From IMG/VR virus record IMGVR_UViG_3300037461_001295, positions 1-40,272 of that record: a DNA stretch of 40,272 nucleotides. The stretch is one strand, 5' to 3'. Below, in pieces: positions 16,418 to 25,041 of this stretch. Numbering within the stretch: position 1 is the stretch's first letter; the number at the start of each line of letters is the position of its first letter. Position numbers and translations under genes: made by a program. The DNA is from a virus. Its lineage: Duplodnaviria > Caudoviricetes. The notes beneath the pieces were generated by a model. It saw only the letters and a program-made list of their open reading frames with translations. It was not told the DNA's origin and did no database searches.

Positions 16418-18300
16418 TCGGGATTCCTCGCGCACGCCCCACAGTTGCCGTCGCCGACGCACTCGCCTGCCCCGGACCGGACCGGGCAGACGCCCGGCCC
16501 CGGCGGCTCCGGCGCCGTGTCCTCGTCGTGCGGCACGGCCGGCGTCGCGACCGCTTTCTTCGGCCGGCCGCGTTTCTTCTTCGCGGGCTCGCCCGCCGCG
16601 GTCTCGACGGGCTTATGCTGCTCCTTGGCCAGGAGCCGGTTATACCGCTCGTTGGCGTCGATGCCGAAGACGGCGGCCACGGTCACCACCCAGTGCGTAG
16701 CCGACCGATCGGGCCAGCGGGCCTGCTGTTTCAATGTCCCAACGAACGACTGCCAGGCCTCCCCCATGACCGTCCGCAGGAAATCCGCCGGGTTCTTCTC
16801 GAAGGCCGCCGCATACGCCCGGGCCCGCTTCGGGAAATCGCCCGACCAGGCGTCTACCTCCGGCCAGGAGCCGCTGAGGTGGCACAGGAAGAAGACCGTC
16901 TCCAGCTGCGGTAACGGCACGTCGCCGAGGGTCTTGCCGGCCAACTCTTTGCAGATCGTCTGGACGACCTTCTCCCACCGCTGCTGTTTCTGCTTTTCGG
17001 CCTTCTCCTTCGCCAGCTCCGCCGGCGTCGGGTCCTTCTGGATCTTGACGTACACGAGCTTATTCTTGCCCTTGCCCGCCACGACGATCGCGGGGACCGC
17101 ACCCTTGGTCCCTTCCTTGACGACCTCGACCCGGTCGACCGTCACGAGGTCCTTGCCGACCGCCCGCTTGAGTGCGGCAATCTCCTGGCGGTAGTGCTCG
17201 TGCTTCGACCCCCAGTGATCCTTCGGCTCGGCCAGGAGCGAGACCGGCACGACGGCCGCCCGCGCGGCGTCCCCGGTGATCCCCGCCTTTTCGAGCAGGG
17301 CGTCCCGCGTCGCGCGGTAGGCGTCCCGGGCCGCCTTCTCGCTTTGGCGCTGCCAGCATTTCGGATCGAGGCAACGGACCTGCTCGCCCTCGTCGCCCTG
17401 GACGTCCGGGTCCTCCCAGAGGAGCTGATTGATCGCGTCCGTCCGCTTCGGGCAATCCGCGCAGACCCGGGCCGACTCGAACGGGGCCCGGACGAGAAAG
17501 AGCTTCTCCGTCTTGAGCCAGTCGGCGACCGTCTCGGCCGTCGCGTTCCACGGGTTGAAGCGGTAGTCCTTCTCCACCTTCTGGAGCCAATGCTCCTGGA
17601 GGGCCGCCGGCAGCCGGGCGATACGGACCCAGTGCTCGGCCGTCCAGCGGTCGAACCGACCGAAGCCGCCGTGGCCGTAGCGGTCTTGGGGCTCCGCGGC
17701 GTCCCGGGCCACCGCCTCCTTCCAGGCGGGGATGAGGTTGCGCCCGATCATGGCGTGGGTCAGGACCCAATGCCGGGTCTTGCCGAGCTTCGATGCGACG
17801 GCCGCCGCGTCCTCGCCGTACTTATCCAGCCATTTGGCTACCCGCACGCCCTCCTCCAGCGGGGTGAGGTCCTCGTGCAGGTTGGCCATCGCCACGATGT
17901 CGTAGGCCAGGGCGTCGGGGATCTCTCCGAGGTCGCGGACGGGCAGGCGGTCCAGGCCCACGACCTGCGCCGCCGCCAGCCGCCGATGCCCCGAGAGGAC
18001 CTGCCGATAGACGTCCCCGTCGAACCGGCGGACCGTCAATGGCTCGATGATCCCGTTCGCCTTAATCGACTCGACCAGGTCCCGGAACTTCGGCTTTCTC
18101 TCGTCGATCGCCCGCGGGTTGTCCGGGTGCGGCACCAGGTCCGCCGCGGGCCACAGGACGATCTCCATCGCCCTGCCCGCCATCCCCGCCGGCAGTGGCG
18201 GATTCGCCGACCCGGGCGCCGGCCCACCTGTCCTTGTCGCCTGCTCCTCCAGGGCCTCACGAGCCAACTCCACCGAAGTCTTGCCTTTCTTCCTCGCCAT
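16411..18300 (-). CDS. ParB/Spo0J-domain protein
   Basis: PHPDNPR...LVESIKANGIIEPLTV...VLSGHRRLAA...ANLHEDLTPLEE, then HTH; later CxxC...C...C cluster; AGGAG SD. Confidence 0.9.
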   Translation of the reverse strand: MARKKGKTSVELAREALEEQATRTGGPAPGSANPPLPAGMAGRAMEIVLWPAADLVPHPDNPRAIDERKPKFRDLVESIKANGIIEPLTVRRFDGDVYRQVLSGHRRLAAAQVVGLDRLPVRDLGEIPDALAYDIVAMANLHEDLTPLEEGVRVAKWLDKYGEDAAAVASKLGKTRHWVLTHAMIGRNLIPAWKEAVARDAAEPQDRYGHGGFGRFDRWTAEHWVRIARLPAALQEHWLQKVEKDYRFNPWNATAETVADWLKTEKLFLVRAPFESARVCADCPKRTDAINQLLWEDPDVQGDEGEQVRCLDPKCWQRQSEKAARDAYRATRDALLEKAGITGDAARAAVVPVSLLAEPKDHWGSKHEHYRQEIAALKRAVGKDLVTVDRVEVVKEGTKGAVPAIVVAGKGKNKLVYVKIQKDPTPAELAKEKAEKQKQQRWEKVVQTICKELAGKTLGDVPLPQLETVFFLCHLSGSWPEVDAWSGDFPKRARAYAAAFEKNPADFLRTVMGEAWQSFVGTLKQQARWPDRSATHWVVTVAAVFGIDANERYNRLLAKEQHKPVETAAGEPAKKKRGRPKKAVATPAVPHDEDTAPEPPGPGVCPVRSGAGECVGDGNCGACARNPEC

Positions 18301-18325
18301 GTCCGTCTCCTATGTGATTTTCAGC

Positions 18326-18796
18326 TCACTGCAGTCGTGGGGCAGCGTTCTCGCGGGCCAGCGGCACCAGGAAATCCTGGCTCGCCCCGAACTCGTCCGT
18401 CGCGCGGAGGTGAACGAGGTGCTTGCGCGGCGTCCGGGGGATCGTCGCCGTCAGGGTCCACGTCCCTGCCGCCGGGTCCACCGCGACCTCGGCCGGGATC
18501 GTCGCCGAGACCAGCTCGACGCTGAAGGCGTCCCCGTCCGGATCGCAGGCCCGGCCCGTCCGGCTATAGGCCCCCCGCGGGACCTCCCACCGCGTCGGAT
18601 CCGCCGTTACCGGCGGCAGGACCACCCCCGGCAGCTCCGCCGCCGGCGGCAGGGCCAGCCAGACCGGGACCTGGTCCCGATAGTCCGTCGCCGGCGGGCA
18701 CGGCTCCTGCCCGCGCGTCGTCAGCCCGATCTCCACCGCCGCCGCCAGTACCAGCGCCGCCGCCATCGTCCGTCGCATCGGTCGTGTCTGTCGCAT
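18326..18796 (-). CDS. Putative exported protein with Ig/cadherin-like domain
   Basis: Basic plus hydrophobic N-terminus; ACDPDGD...V.LRATDEFGAS pattern typical of cadherin-like Ig folds. Confidence 0.6.
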   Translation of the reverse strand: MRQTRPMRRTMAAALVLAAAVEIGLTTRGQEPCPPATDYRDQVPVWLALPPAAELPGVVLPPVTADPTRWEVPRGAYSRTGRACDPDGDAFSVELVSATIPAEVAVDPAAGTWTLTATIPRTPRKHLVHLRATDEFGASQDFLVPLARENAAPRLQ

Positions 18797-18828
18797 GATG
18801 CCTCCGAAGAATAGTAGTCAGTGGTCAG

Positions 18829-19050
18829 TTATTGGTTGTCAGTGGGCGGTTGCCGCCGGCGTTTGTGCCGCGGCCGGTGCAGCCGCCGCACGAACTCCCG
18901 ATCGTCGAAGAGGTTCAGGTCGCCGAGCCCCCAATGCGCCGCCAGGGCCAGCCGCTCCCCCATGGTCAACAGGGCCAGCCGCGCCCGGCAGCCGGCCCGC
19001 GTCTCCAGGACCGGCCCCATCGTCAGTCGCTCCAGTTGCAACGCGTCCAT
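18829..19050 (-). CDS. Hypothetical protein
   Basis: 73 aa, GGGAG SD. Confidence 0.55.
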   Translation of the reverse strand: MDALQLERLTMGPVLETRAGCRARLALLTMGERLALAAHWGLGDLNLFDDREFVRRLHRPRHKRRRQPPTDNQ

Positions 19051-19053
19051 CGG

Positions 19054-19809
19054 TCACGCTCCCGCCGGGGCCGGCCCCAGCTTGCTGTTGACGCAGGGCA
19101 GGCCGTCCGGATCGGCATGGTCGTAAAACCGGTGGCCGCGGCCCGACGGCCTGGCCGGCACCTGCTGCATGCACTCCGGACACGTCGCCGTCAGGACGAC
19201 CCCGCCCGGGGCCGGCTTCGCCGCCGGCGTCTGGCGCGGCGTGCCTGTGTCCAGGACGCACGCCAGATCGACCTCGATCCCGCCGTCCACCCACGCCGCC
19301 GCGTAACGCATCCGCTGCGCCGGCTGGATCCCCCACCCGCGCAAGCCCCCCACGGCAGAAACCCGCACTGTCTGGCCGTGTTTGCCCCCACGCGGGCCCA
19401 CCCGCAGCGCGCCGGCCGTATTGCCCTCCGTCTCCATCAGCCGCAGGCGTCGTCGCGAGGCCGAGTACCACAGCCGCAGGTACTTCGTCGCGGTCAGGCC
19501 CGCCGCCAGTGCCGCGGAGATCGACAGCGTGCCCGCACGCCCGATGCTGACCCATTCACCCACCACAGGCCGCGACCCGCCCCAAGTGCCGCCCTGGTAC
19601 TCGACCCAGTCATCGGCCGCGGCAGTCTTCGCATTCTTCGCCATCGTCATCATCTCCTTATCGCCCGCAGGTACTCCGTCCTCATACTCGATCGCCGCGT
19701 CCAGGGCCGCCGCCTTTTCGTCGTCCGAGACGTGCGCGTAGGCGTCGTTCGGCCGCTGGAGCGGCGCGGGGTTGCGCTGGTATCGGCGCGGGTGGCTACC
19801 CGTCTTCAT
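19054..19809 (-). CDS. Hypothetical protein with C-terminal Cys/His zinc-finger-like motif
   Basis: ATGA-coupled start at 19809 (alternative internal start near 19650); CPEC...H...C. Confidence 0.6.
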   Translation of the reverse strand: MKTGSHPRRYQRNPAPLQRPNDAYAHVSDDEKAAALDAAIEYEDGVPAGDKEMMTMAKNAKTAAADDWVEYQGGTWGGSRPVVGEWVSIGRAGTLSISAALAAGLTATKYLRLWYSASRRRLRLMETEGNTAGALRVGPRGGKHGQTVRVSAVGGLRGWGIQPAQRMRYAAAWVDGGIEVDLACVLDTGTPRQTPAAKPAPGGVVLTATCPECMQQVPARPSGRGHRFYDHADPDGLPCVNSKLGPAPAGA

Positions 19810-20126
19810 GGCGCCGTCTCTCGCCCGGCGGCCGGCGCGACGCCGGCCCCGCCCTCCGGTAGGGCGTCCGGCGCCTGGCCACTTTTGAGATCGTCGCGGA
19901 CGAGCCACTGCGTGGCCGCCACGAGGTCGTAGACGAGCTGCGCCACGATCGCGATGACGGCCAGACCGAAGATCATCCAGGGCGAGGCCCCCTGCTGACT
20001 GAGCATCCAGATCGCCACGACGGCGATCGCCGTCTTTTTCCTGCCGACGTGACTGATCACGCCGGCCACGGCCGCCTCGATGTTGCTGGCGACCGGTTTG
20101 TCAACGCCGTTGCTCCTGCTGTCCAT
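19806..20126 (-). CDS. Small two-TM membrane protein (holin-like)
   Basis: 106 aa from MDSRSNG; GRKK then two hydrophobic helices and a charged tail. Confidence 0.55.
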   Translation of the reverse strand: MDSRSNGVDKPVASNIEAAVAGVISHVGRKKTAIAVVAIWMLSQQGASPWMIFGLAVIAIVAQLVYDLVAATQWLVRDDLKSGQAPDALPEGGAGVAPAAGRETAP

Positions 20127-20178
20127 CCGTGGCCTCTCAGTTCTCAGTTGCCAGTTGGCAGTTGTTAGTTGCAAGCCG

Positions 20179-20490
20179 TCAGTTCTCCGCCAGGGCGGCC
20201 GCCAGGAGCCGCAGGCCACGGGCGATGATCTTCATCAGTCGCCGCGTCACGGCGTCCGCCTGCCGCGTCGCCCGGATCCCCGCCTCCAGGAGGACGACGT
20301 CCCGGACCGCCTTGACCATCTCGTCGTAGTCCGGCTCCCCGAGGTGCGGCGCCAGCCGCTCCGCCCGCTGGGCCGCGAACTCGATCAGCTCCGCCGCCGA
20401 GCCGCGGATCTCCACGCCCGCCTCCTCCAGGCAATCGAAGACCAGATTCGCCAGGTACTCCTTCAACTGCGTCTCCTGCTCACTCGCCAT
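20179..20490 (-). CDS. Hypothetical helical protein
   Basis: 103 aa, overlaps the lipoprotein gene. Confidence 0.65.
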   Translation of the reverse strand: MASEQETQLKEYLANLVFDCLEEAGVEIRGSAAELIEFAAQRAERLAPHLGEPDYDEMVKAVRDVVLLEAGIRATRQADAVTRRLMKIIARGLRLLAAALAEN

Positions 20491-20830
20491 GGCCGCTCAA
20501 TGCCTCCACTGCCTCGGTGAATTTCTCGATCCGTTCGCCCCGGAACTCCGCGAGTCCCGGGCTCATCCCCGTCAGGGCGGCCCGCGCCGCCGCCTCGACC
20601 GGCGGCCAGGCCGCCGCGATCGCCGCCGGCATACCATAGACCAGCGACTCATCCATCCGCGTCAGTTCGGCCTCCGTGGCCCCGCCGGCCAGGGCATCCG
20701 CCCGCACCCCGACCCACGCCTGCCGCATCGCCGGCAGCAGGGCCCGCTCCCGGGCCGCCGAGCTCAGGCACCCGCCCAGCGGCAGGACCGCCAGCAGGAA
20801 AACGATCGTAGGAAACGTCCGTGCTCTCAT
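20480..20830 (-). CDS. Putative lipoprotein
   Basis: MRARTFPTIVFLLAVLPLGGC lipobox; AAGGAG SD. Confidence 0.7.
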   Translation of the reverse strand: MRARTFPTIVFLLAVLPLGGCLSSAARERALLPAMRQAWVGVRADALAGGATEAELTRMDESLVYGMPAAIAAAWPPVEAAARAALTGMSPGLAEFRGERIEKFTEAVEALSGHGE

Positions 20831-21033
20831 GTGTCGCTGCACTCCTTTCGTTGCTCGTCGCTCGTCTCTCGTATCTCGTCGGCGGCCACGTCGCCGCCGC
20901 CACGCTCCCACCAGTCCGGGATCGGCGAGCTCCGCGTCGCAGAGCCGTCGCCCCAGATATCGATGTCGTGCCCGCTGCGGCCGCCGCCGCCGTCAACCGG
21001 GTCAATCCCGTCAATCAGGTCCTCACCCATCAC
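20827..21033 (-). CDS. Small hypothetical acidic protein
   Basis: 68 aa, coupled at both ends; termini encoded by repeats. Confidence 0.45.
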   Translation of the reverse strand: MMGEDLIDGIDPVDGGGGRSGHDIDIWGDGSATRSSPIPDWWERGGGDVAADEIRETSDEQRKECSDT

Positions 21034-21422
21034 GCCGCCTCCCCCCGTCCCTGCTGCCGCCGCAGGCGGCCGTTGAGCTGCTGGAGCTCCAGGACCTGCT
21101 CTTTGGTCAGCGGTTCGCGGACGGCGTAGAGCTCGACGCGGAGGATCCGCTCGCCCTCGGGCGCGTCCTTGGCCAGCTCCTGCAGGAGCCGGATCGAGGC
21201 CCCGTGCCCGTCGCGGGCCTGGACCAAGTGCTCGCGGTACTCGCAGAAACTCCTACGGTACTGCACCTTGACGAAGAAGACCCACGTCCAGCGGTCCCAG
21301 AGCGTCCGGCAGTCCGGCTCCGCCCCGGTCACCAGCCAGGTCCGCGGCCAGCGGGCCAGGCCGTACTCGACCATCGGCACCAGCTCCGGCAGCGTCGCCG
21401 CCAGTTTTGCCGCGGCCACCAT
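21030..21422 (-). CDS. Hypothetical protein
   Basis: 130 aa, TGATG coupling. Confidence 0.6.
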   Translation of the reverse strand: MVAAAKLAATLPELVPMVEYGLARWPRTWLVTGAEPDCRTLWDRWTWVFFVKVQYRRSFCEYREHLVQARDGHGASIRLLQELAKDAPEGERILRVELYAVREPLTKEQVLELQQLNGRLRRQQGRGEAA

Positions 21423-21595
21423 CAGGCGGCCTCCCCGTCCTCTGGCCGGATGATGACCTTGAGCCGCTCATTGGCCCGGCGGGCGTCCGAGATGAACCCG
21501 TTCGGCGACGGGTCGAAGGTGAGTTCCAGTTTCGAGCCCTTGGCCGAGCGATTCACCACCCGCCCGGGCCCGACGATCTTCCGTTTTGTCGCCAT
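21422..21595 (-). CDS. Small basic hypothetical protein
   Basis: 57 aa MATKRKIV... after GGAGAG. Confidence 0.55.
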   Translation of the reverse strand: MATKRKIVGPGRVVNRSAKGSKLELTFDPSPNGFISDARRANERLKVIIRPEDGEAA

Positions 21596-21615
21596 CCTTG
21601 ACTCTCCAGATCCGA

Positions 21616-22020
21616 TCAGAACAACAGCCCCTGTCCGCCCGCCGGCACCGGCGCCGGCGTCACAAGCGTCTTGATCTCCGCCGGCAGCGCCGCCACCGCC
21701 TCGGTCGTGCAGGGCGGGCGCCCGGCCTTCACCGACGTCGCCCCGCCCACCGTGCGACAGCCCAGGTCGTGCCACCAGGCCCAGTCGCGTACGACGCAGC
21801 GCTCGCAGGCCCGCAACACCTGGAGCTGGCACTGCCGCATCTCGGGGCTCATGTCGTCCCCGGCCTCCAGCTTGAGATCCAGGGCCAGGAACTCCGCGTC
21901 CGTCAGGCCCATGTATTGCCAGGGGAACCCCGCCGGCTTGATCACCCGGCCGCTCGTCCTGCAGAACGCGGCGAATTGCTCGAAGCGCGGGTCCGCCAGG
22001 ATCTCTTTGATCGTCGCCAT
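21616..22020 (-). CDS. Hypothetical protein
   Basis: 134 aa from MATIKEIL after GGGAG. Confidence 0.6.
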   Translation of the reverse strand: MATIKEILADPRFEQFAAFCRTSGRVIKPAGFPWQYMGLTDAEFLALDLKLEAGDDMSPEMRQCQLQVLRACERCVVRDWAWWHDLGCRTVGGATSVKAGRPPCTTEAVAALPAEIKTLVTPAPVPAGGQGLLF

Positions 22021-22340
22021 CTCAAGAGATCTCCCGGCCCGAGCCATCGAAGAGCCCGGGCATCCAGAACGCCCACCACATCGCGGCCAGCGCCCCAGCG
22101 ATCCGTCGTATCCGTCTCATAGACTCCTTTCGCGGAAACTCAGGCGGCCGCGCCGCCGATCCCTGGCGGCGCGGTCCGCGGTCCGAAGAAGAAAGCGCCC
22201 CGGCTCCGCCGGAGGCGCGAGCGATTTTCATGAAGGGGGATAGGGGCGTGGCGGGGTGACTGGCGCTAGTGACGGAATGAATGATGGCTTACGGCCGCGC
22301 CAAGGGGCGGGCCTCTTGACCGGCCCGCTTGGCCGGTCCC

Positions 22341-22387
22341 CTTGCATGGGGTGCAAGAGGTCGGTGGTTCAAGTCCACTCGCCCCGA
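22341..22387 (+). other. attP: attP core: 3' half of tRNA-Pro(GGG)
   Basis: CTTGC-ATGGGGT-GCAAG anticodon arm (GGG), T arm GGTGG-TTCAAGT-CCACT, acceptor 3' strand CGCCCCGA; no 5' half; about 20 bp from the integrase stop. Confidence 0.88.
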
Positions 22388-22408
22388 GTCGGTGTTTGCA
22401 TAGGCCTC

Positions 22409-23509
22409 CTACGCACGGAGGCGGTTCAGGCGAGCAGCCCCAAGCTGTCTCGCCGTTTCTACTGCGCCGGCGTCGGCGGCCAGGTACCTCTGCGTCGTCG
22501 CGATGTCACTATGCCCCAGGAGGGCCTGGACGCTTCGCAGGTCCATCCCGTCCCGCAGCCAGTTCGTCGCGCACGTCGAACGCAGATGCTTCTGCGAGAG
22601 GCCCGCCGTGCCACCATTTTGTCGGAGCCGACGAAATGGTCGGTGGTTCTCGTCGGGCAGCTTCCGCTGGCGGTCCGTCAACCGCCCTCGGCCCTGGAGC
22701 CAGGAGAGGTACTCGTACCGCGCTGCGGAAAGAAGCAGGTACGGCTGATCCTTCGGCAGTACCTGCCGCCGATACCGCAAGGCTTCGGCCGCCTGGGCGA
22801 CCAGAGGCACGACGCGGCAGTCCCGGTCCTTCGGGACCCACCGCCACGTCGCCGGCGTCTCGTCATGCGGCTGGACCGTGATCGTCCCGGCCGCAAAGTC
22901 GACGTCGACCTCGCATAGCTGCTGCGCCTCCGCCCGGCGCAGGCCCGCCGTCGCCATGACCAGGACGCGGCCCTCGGTCAGGCGATCATCCTCGACCGCC
23001 CGGGCCGCCTCGATCAGGTCGGCGAGCTTCTCATCGCGATACACTTTCACCGGCCGCCGCGGCACCTTCACCGCCGGCAGGGTCTCCCAGTGATCCAAAA
23101 GGACCCGCCGCTTGACCTCGAGCCAGCGGAACGGCGGGCGGACCATCTTGAGGTACGCCGCCGCCGTCACGGGCTTATAGCCCCGTTGCAGGCCGCGCCG
23201 TGACCGCCCGGGCAGCTCGGCCAGGCGCCGGAACCCGTCCGGATCGTCCGGCGCGAATCCGCCGAGCAGGGCCGCCCGGAACCGCTCCGCCGCGTCCACG
23301 TCGAACGCGTCGAGCAAGACGTCCCCGCAGACCGCCGTCAGCAGCCCGAACGCCAGGTGCCGCATGTAGACGGTCCCGGCGTCCTGGTCGGGATGCGCCT
23401 GGTCGTACGCCGCCAGCAGGCCCGATAGCGACATCGTAGCCGTAGGGGCGAATGATGATTCGCCCGTACCCGTAGAAAGATTGCCGTGCTGTTCTTCGTG
23501 TGCTTGCAT
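22409..23509 (-). CDS. int: Tyrosine recombinase / phage integrase
   Basis: TAGLRRAE (catalytic R), PK, KHLR, LLGHSDIATTQRY (H and Y); AAGGAGG SD. Confidence 0.93.
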   Translation of the reverse strand: MQAHEEQHGNLSTGTGESSFAPTATMSLSGLLAAYDQAHPDQDAGTVYMRHLAFGLLTAVCGDVLLDAFDVDAAERFRAALLGGFAPDDPDGFRRLAELPGRSRRGLQRGYKPVTAAAYLKMVRPPFRWLEVKRRVLLDHWETLPAVKVPRRPVKVYRDEKLADLIEAARAVEDDRLTEGRVLVMATAGLRRAEAQQLCEVDVDFAAGTITVQPHDETPATWRWVPKDRDCRVVPLVAQAAEALRYRRQVLPKDQPYLLLSAARYEYLSWLQGRGRLTDRQRKLPDENHRPFRRLRQNGGTAGLSQKHLRSTCATNWLRDGMDLRSVQALLGHSDIATTQRYLAADAGAVETARQLGAARLNRLRA

Positions 23510-23592
23510 AGTGACCTCCTTTCGTGTCTGTCGAAATGAAGCACGGCCGTAAGCCCACCCGGAGGTAGGGGCGAATCATCATTCGCCCGTAC
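23442..23592. repeat. Pair of 28-bp REP-like palindromes (GTAG...GTAC) around the integrase start
   Basis: GTAGGGGCGAATGATGATTCGCCCGTAC at 23442-23469 and GTAGGGGCGAATCATCATTCGCCCGTAC at 23565-23592. Confidence 0.88.
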
Positions 23593-23719
23593 GCCCCCGG
23601 GCAGGCCACAGCCTAACATGAGGATGGTCCCCACGCAAGCACGCCAGCCAATCGTCCCTATCCCGTTGTCAAAGAGCCATCCACGGTTCGTCGGCGGTCA
23701 ACCAAGCCCGCCGCAAACC

Positions 23720-23962
23720 CTACCCCGTGGAGCGTTGTTCATTCTTCGTATCTTGTATCTCGTTTGCCGGCGTCGTCTCCAGACGCTCGTTACGGTGGCG
23801 AAGTTCTTCGATCCCGCTCACGACGGCCAGCCAGACGACGGTCGCCGTGTCCGTGCCCGGGCGATCGTCGCCATACCGCCGGACTGTCGCGTAGTCCTCG
23901 GGCCGCAGTGTCACGACAAAGCTACGGTGGTCCGAAACAAGCGGTTGGACTGTCGTTTCCAT
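23720..23962 (-). CDS. Small protein, possible ribbon-helix-helix DNA binder
   Basis: 80 aa; SFVVTL strand followed by two helices; upstream of int. Confidence 0.55.
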   Translation of the reverse strand: METTVQPLVSDHRSFVVTLRPEDYATVRRYGDDRPGTDTATVVWLAVVSGIEELRHRNERLETTPANEIQDTKNEQRSTG

Positions 23963-23966
23963 TGTG

Positions 23967-24245
23967 CTACCCCTTCTGATCGCCGTCGTAGACGGCCGGC
24001 GCCATTTCGCCTGTGATCCCCTCCCCGTCCTTCAGGGCCGGTGGCGTGGCACCGAAAGCCATGCCGGCCGTCGCCTGCCGGTGCAGGTCCTTGGCCTCGG
24101 CCACCGCGTCCACGACGCGGAAGCAGACCGGCTCGGCCCGCACGCCCCAGACGTCCCACTGGTATTGGGCCGCCCGCGCGGCGGCCTCCCGGGAGAACAT
24201 CGCCATATAGACCGGCGTCTGCCGCGGCTCATCCACCGCCGTCAC
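23967..24245 (-). CDS. Hypothetical early protein
   Basis: 92 aa, co-directional with int. Confidence 0.55.
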   Translation of the reverse strand: MTAVDEPRQTPVYMAMFSREAAARAAQYQWDVWGVRAEPVCFRVVDAVAEAKDLHRQATAGMAFGATPPALKDGEGITGEMAPAVYDGDQKG

Positions 24246-24417
24246 CCAGACGCCCGTCTCCCGGTCCCGCAGCAGTCAGATCTCCGTCGGCGGCGGGACG
24301 ATGCGTATCACTTTAGCCTTGCCCATCGTCAACTCCTCCCCTACCCGCACAGGCCGGGGCCCGGCCGGCGGCCTCCCTGCCGCCGGTCGTCGACCCGAGC
24401 CCCGAGAGGTACCCAAG

Positions 24418-24723
24418 AAAAAGCCGCCCGGACCGGCCCAGCGGAGGGAGGGGAAGCGAGAAAGACCTGGCCCGGGCATAGCCTTGGTCACACCACAATA
24501 AAAGGCCGTCCGTGTCTGCGGCAGCGGCCGGCCTTCTCAGAAGGAGCCCCCGGGCCGGGTGATGGCCCTCGGGGTGTACGGCAGGGGAAAAAGGGCCGCC
24601 TGTGATCGGAGCGGCCCCTAGGTTGGAAGCCCGTACCCCAAGGGTGGGGTCGGAACGAAATGAGGCAAAAAAGGACGCGGCAGTTACGGAGGGATCCGGG
24701 ATGGGGATCACTGCCGCGTTTTG
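24418..24723 (-). terminator. Four tandem terminator-like hairpins in the leftward leader
   Basis: GC stems each followed by a U4-6 run on the minus strand (A runs at 24418, 24500, 24588, 24667). Confidence 0.55.
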
Positions 24724-24780
24724 TTGGCTGATCAACCAGGTCAGTAAGGTCACTGCGGTCCGCATGTCAGAAGAAATCCC

Positions 24781-24809
24781 TTGACGCGCTGCCCCAAACC
24801 TGCTATCGT
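24781..24809 (+). promoter_or_regulatory. Sigma70-like rightward promoter
   Basis: TTGACG-17 bp-TATCGT with extended -10 TG. Confidence 0.55.
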
Positions 24810-24966
24810 CGATCTCAGACAATCCCGCCCAGGAGGGGCGACATTCCCCGAGTCACACGCTTACGGTGCCGGTCGGCCAACCGAACGCCTGCCAGCCTTC
24901 CCGGCCAGCCGCCACCGCCCACGATCATTCCCTTGTCACACGTGTCCATCCCTGAAGCACGATCTG

Positions 24967-24996
24967 ATTATCGGCAGGAGGCCCCCAAGTCGTCAA
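24967..24996 (-). promoter_or_regulatory. Sigma70-like leftward (early/int) promoter
   Basis: TTGACG-18 bp-GATAAT on the minus strand. Confidence 0.6.
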
Positions 24997-25041
24997 GGGA
25001 AAATCCCGCTTTTTGGCGGGATTGTCCCGCCGTAATGCGGG

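Noticed and set aside
22300-22390. Complete tRNA-Pro gene
   Set aside because: Only the anticodon arm to acceptor 3' strand is present; no D arm or 5' acceptor strand, so it is an attP core
22286-23555. 12-bp inverted repeat GGCTTACGGCCG flanking attP and int
   Set aside because: Could be integrase arm sites, but two short GC-rich copies are not distinguishable from chance by eye
24313-24822. 169-aa ORF in the immunity leader
   Set aside because: TTG start without SD, atypical composition, and it runs through several terminator-like hairpins
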